64,000 nucleotides of DNA from contig DASREM010000056.1 in assembly GCA_035652095.1 (NCBI GenBank), forward strand, positions 199,070-263,069. Reading direction: 5' to 3'. Of this stretch, positions 62,987 through 64,000 are shown in pieces. The notes below the pieces were generated by a model. That model was not told where the DNA came from and made no database searches. It saw only the letters and a list, made by a program, of their open reading frames with translations. The DNA is from Terriglobales bacterium. Lineage in GTDB: Bacteria; Acidobacteriota; Terriglobia; Terriglobales; Acidobacteriaceae. A program made the translations under genes and the position numbers. Numbering within the stretch: position 1 is the first letter of the stretch; every line of letters starts with the position of its first letter.

Positions 62987-64000
62987 ACGTTGCCGAACTG
63001 TTCATTCGGCGTCCGGTCATGACGACGCTGGTCATGCTTGCCGTTCTGCTGTTCGGTGTTATGGGATACCGGCTGCTCCCGGTAAGTGACCTGCCCAACG
63101 TCGATTTTCCAACCATCCTGGTGTCAGCGAGCCTGCCGGGAGCGAACCCCGACACCATGGCCTCGGCGGTCGCGATGCCCTTGGAGAAGCAGTTCTCCAC
63201 CATCGCGGGGCTGGACTCGATGAGTTCGACCTCCAACCAGGGATCGACACAGGTTACCCTCCAGTTCAGCCTGGACCGAAGCCTGGATGCAGCCGCGCAG
63301 GATGTGCAGTCCATGATCGCGAAAGCCACGCGCGATCTGCCACAGAACATGCCGTATCCGCCGTCGTACCAGAAGGTGAATCCCGCGGACTCTCCCATCC
63401 TTTACCTTTCGCTGAGTTCGCCGACCATGCGCCTTTCCGATGTAGACGAATATGCGGAGACGTTAATGGCGCAGCGTATCTCGATGATCAGCGGGGTGGC
63501 GCAGGTCAGCGTCTACGGTTCGCAGAAGTATGCCGTGCACGTCAAGCTGGATCCCAAGGCGCTCTCGAGCCGCGATATCGGGATGGATGATGTTGCCAAC
63601 GCCATCAGGAATCAGAATGTCAACCAACCCACGGGCATTCTCTATGGCAGCCATCAAGCTTTTGTCGTGCAGGCCAACGGTCAACTGCGGAACGCTGCCG
63701 AATACGCTCCGATGATTGTGGCTTACCGCAATGGCGCACCGGTCCGGCTTTCTGATCTGGGCGAAGTAGTGGACGGAGTTGAAGGGGACAAGACTGCGAG
63801 TTGGTACTTCGACCGGCAGCGCGGTTTGCGGCGCGCCATCGTGCTCGCTATTCAACGCCAGCCCGGCACCAATACCGTGGAAGTGGTGGATTCTATCCGC
63901 CAACTGCTGCCAACATTTCGCCAGCAGATGCCGTCGGCCGTGGACCTGCAGGTGCTTTACGACCGTTCCGTTTCCATTCGGGGCTCGGTAGACGATGTCC
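62983..64000 (+). CDS. RND efflux permease (AcrB/MdtB-like), N-terminal part (continues past window end)
   Basis: The ATG at 62983 overlaps the adaptor stop (ATGA). [45 protein letters not shown]...[13 protein letters not shown]. Absent from the ORF track because no stop codon lies in the window. Confidence 0.9.
   Translation, partial: [339 protein letters not shown]

Noticed and set aside
1-64000. Search by eye for CRISPR arrays, tRNA/rRNA genes, transposases, integrases, phage or toxin-antitoxin/defence modules.
   Set aside because: I found no regularly spaced direct repeats, no cloverleaf-like segments in the intergenic regions, and no ORF with DDE, tyrosine-recombinase, serine-recombinase or known defence-system motifs. 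The only repeat of note is the 16-nt rnpB 3'-end duplication, reported separately.

Overview
GC-rich bacterial chromosomal segment. The gene content looks like Acidobacteriota: CarboxypepD_reg-type TonB-dependent receptors, tandem MacB-type permeases, CRTAC1/FG-GAP proteins and ECF/anti-sigma pairs. This taxonomic call is inference only. I can support about 50 CDS, one RNase P RNA gene, three rho-independent terminators, one intra-operon hairpin, a few candidate regulatory sites and one gene fragment. I saw no tRNA or rRNA gene, CRISPR array, transposase or integrase.

Content by block:
- 1-6364: two-component genes, a Tat-signal LLM/F420-type oxidoreductase, DUF892, AlkB and an SBP56-like propeller.
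- 6409-17153: a starch/maltodextrin utilisation locus (GH13, TonB-dependent receptor, membrane regulator, GH31, SLC45-type MFS).
- 17330-19003: cysK-cysE.
- 19000-30334: O-antigen-ligase-like protein, a HisKA_3 kinase/NarL regulator/CRTAC1 operon, and a second TonB-dependent receptor with an ECF sigma/anti-sigma pair.
- 30967-38460: a minus-strand string running resB-ccsA-histidine kinase ... sigma-54 activator.
- 38967-46532: the stand-out locus. It is a compact six-gene operon encoding three multiheme c-type cytochromes (7, 4 and 11+1 heme motifs), two paralogous NHL beta-propellers and a 617-aa OMP-like beta-barrel. It sits divergent from the System II cytochrome-maturation genes. I read it as a candidate, undescribed porin-cytochrome-type trans-envelope electron-transfer module.
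- 46539-57668: envelope glycosyltransferases, a hybrid kinase, tandem MacB permeases and an FG-GAP protein.
- 57719-58194: rnpB, followed by a 16-nt duplication of its 3' end bracketing a frameshifted TPR gene fragment.
- 58400-64000: SDR/DUF2867, TspO, DUF378, fasciclin and an RND efflux pair (the pump gene runs off the window).

Start codons were chosen by eye from SD-like motifs and signal peptides, and several are uncertain.
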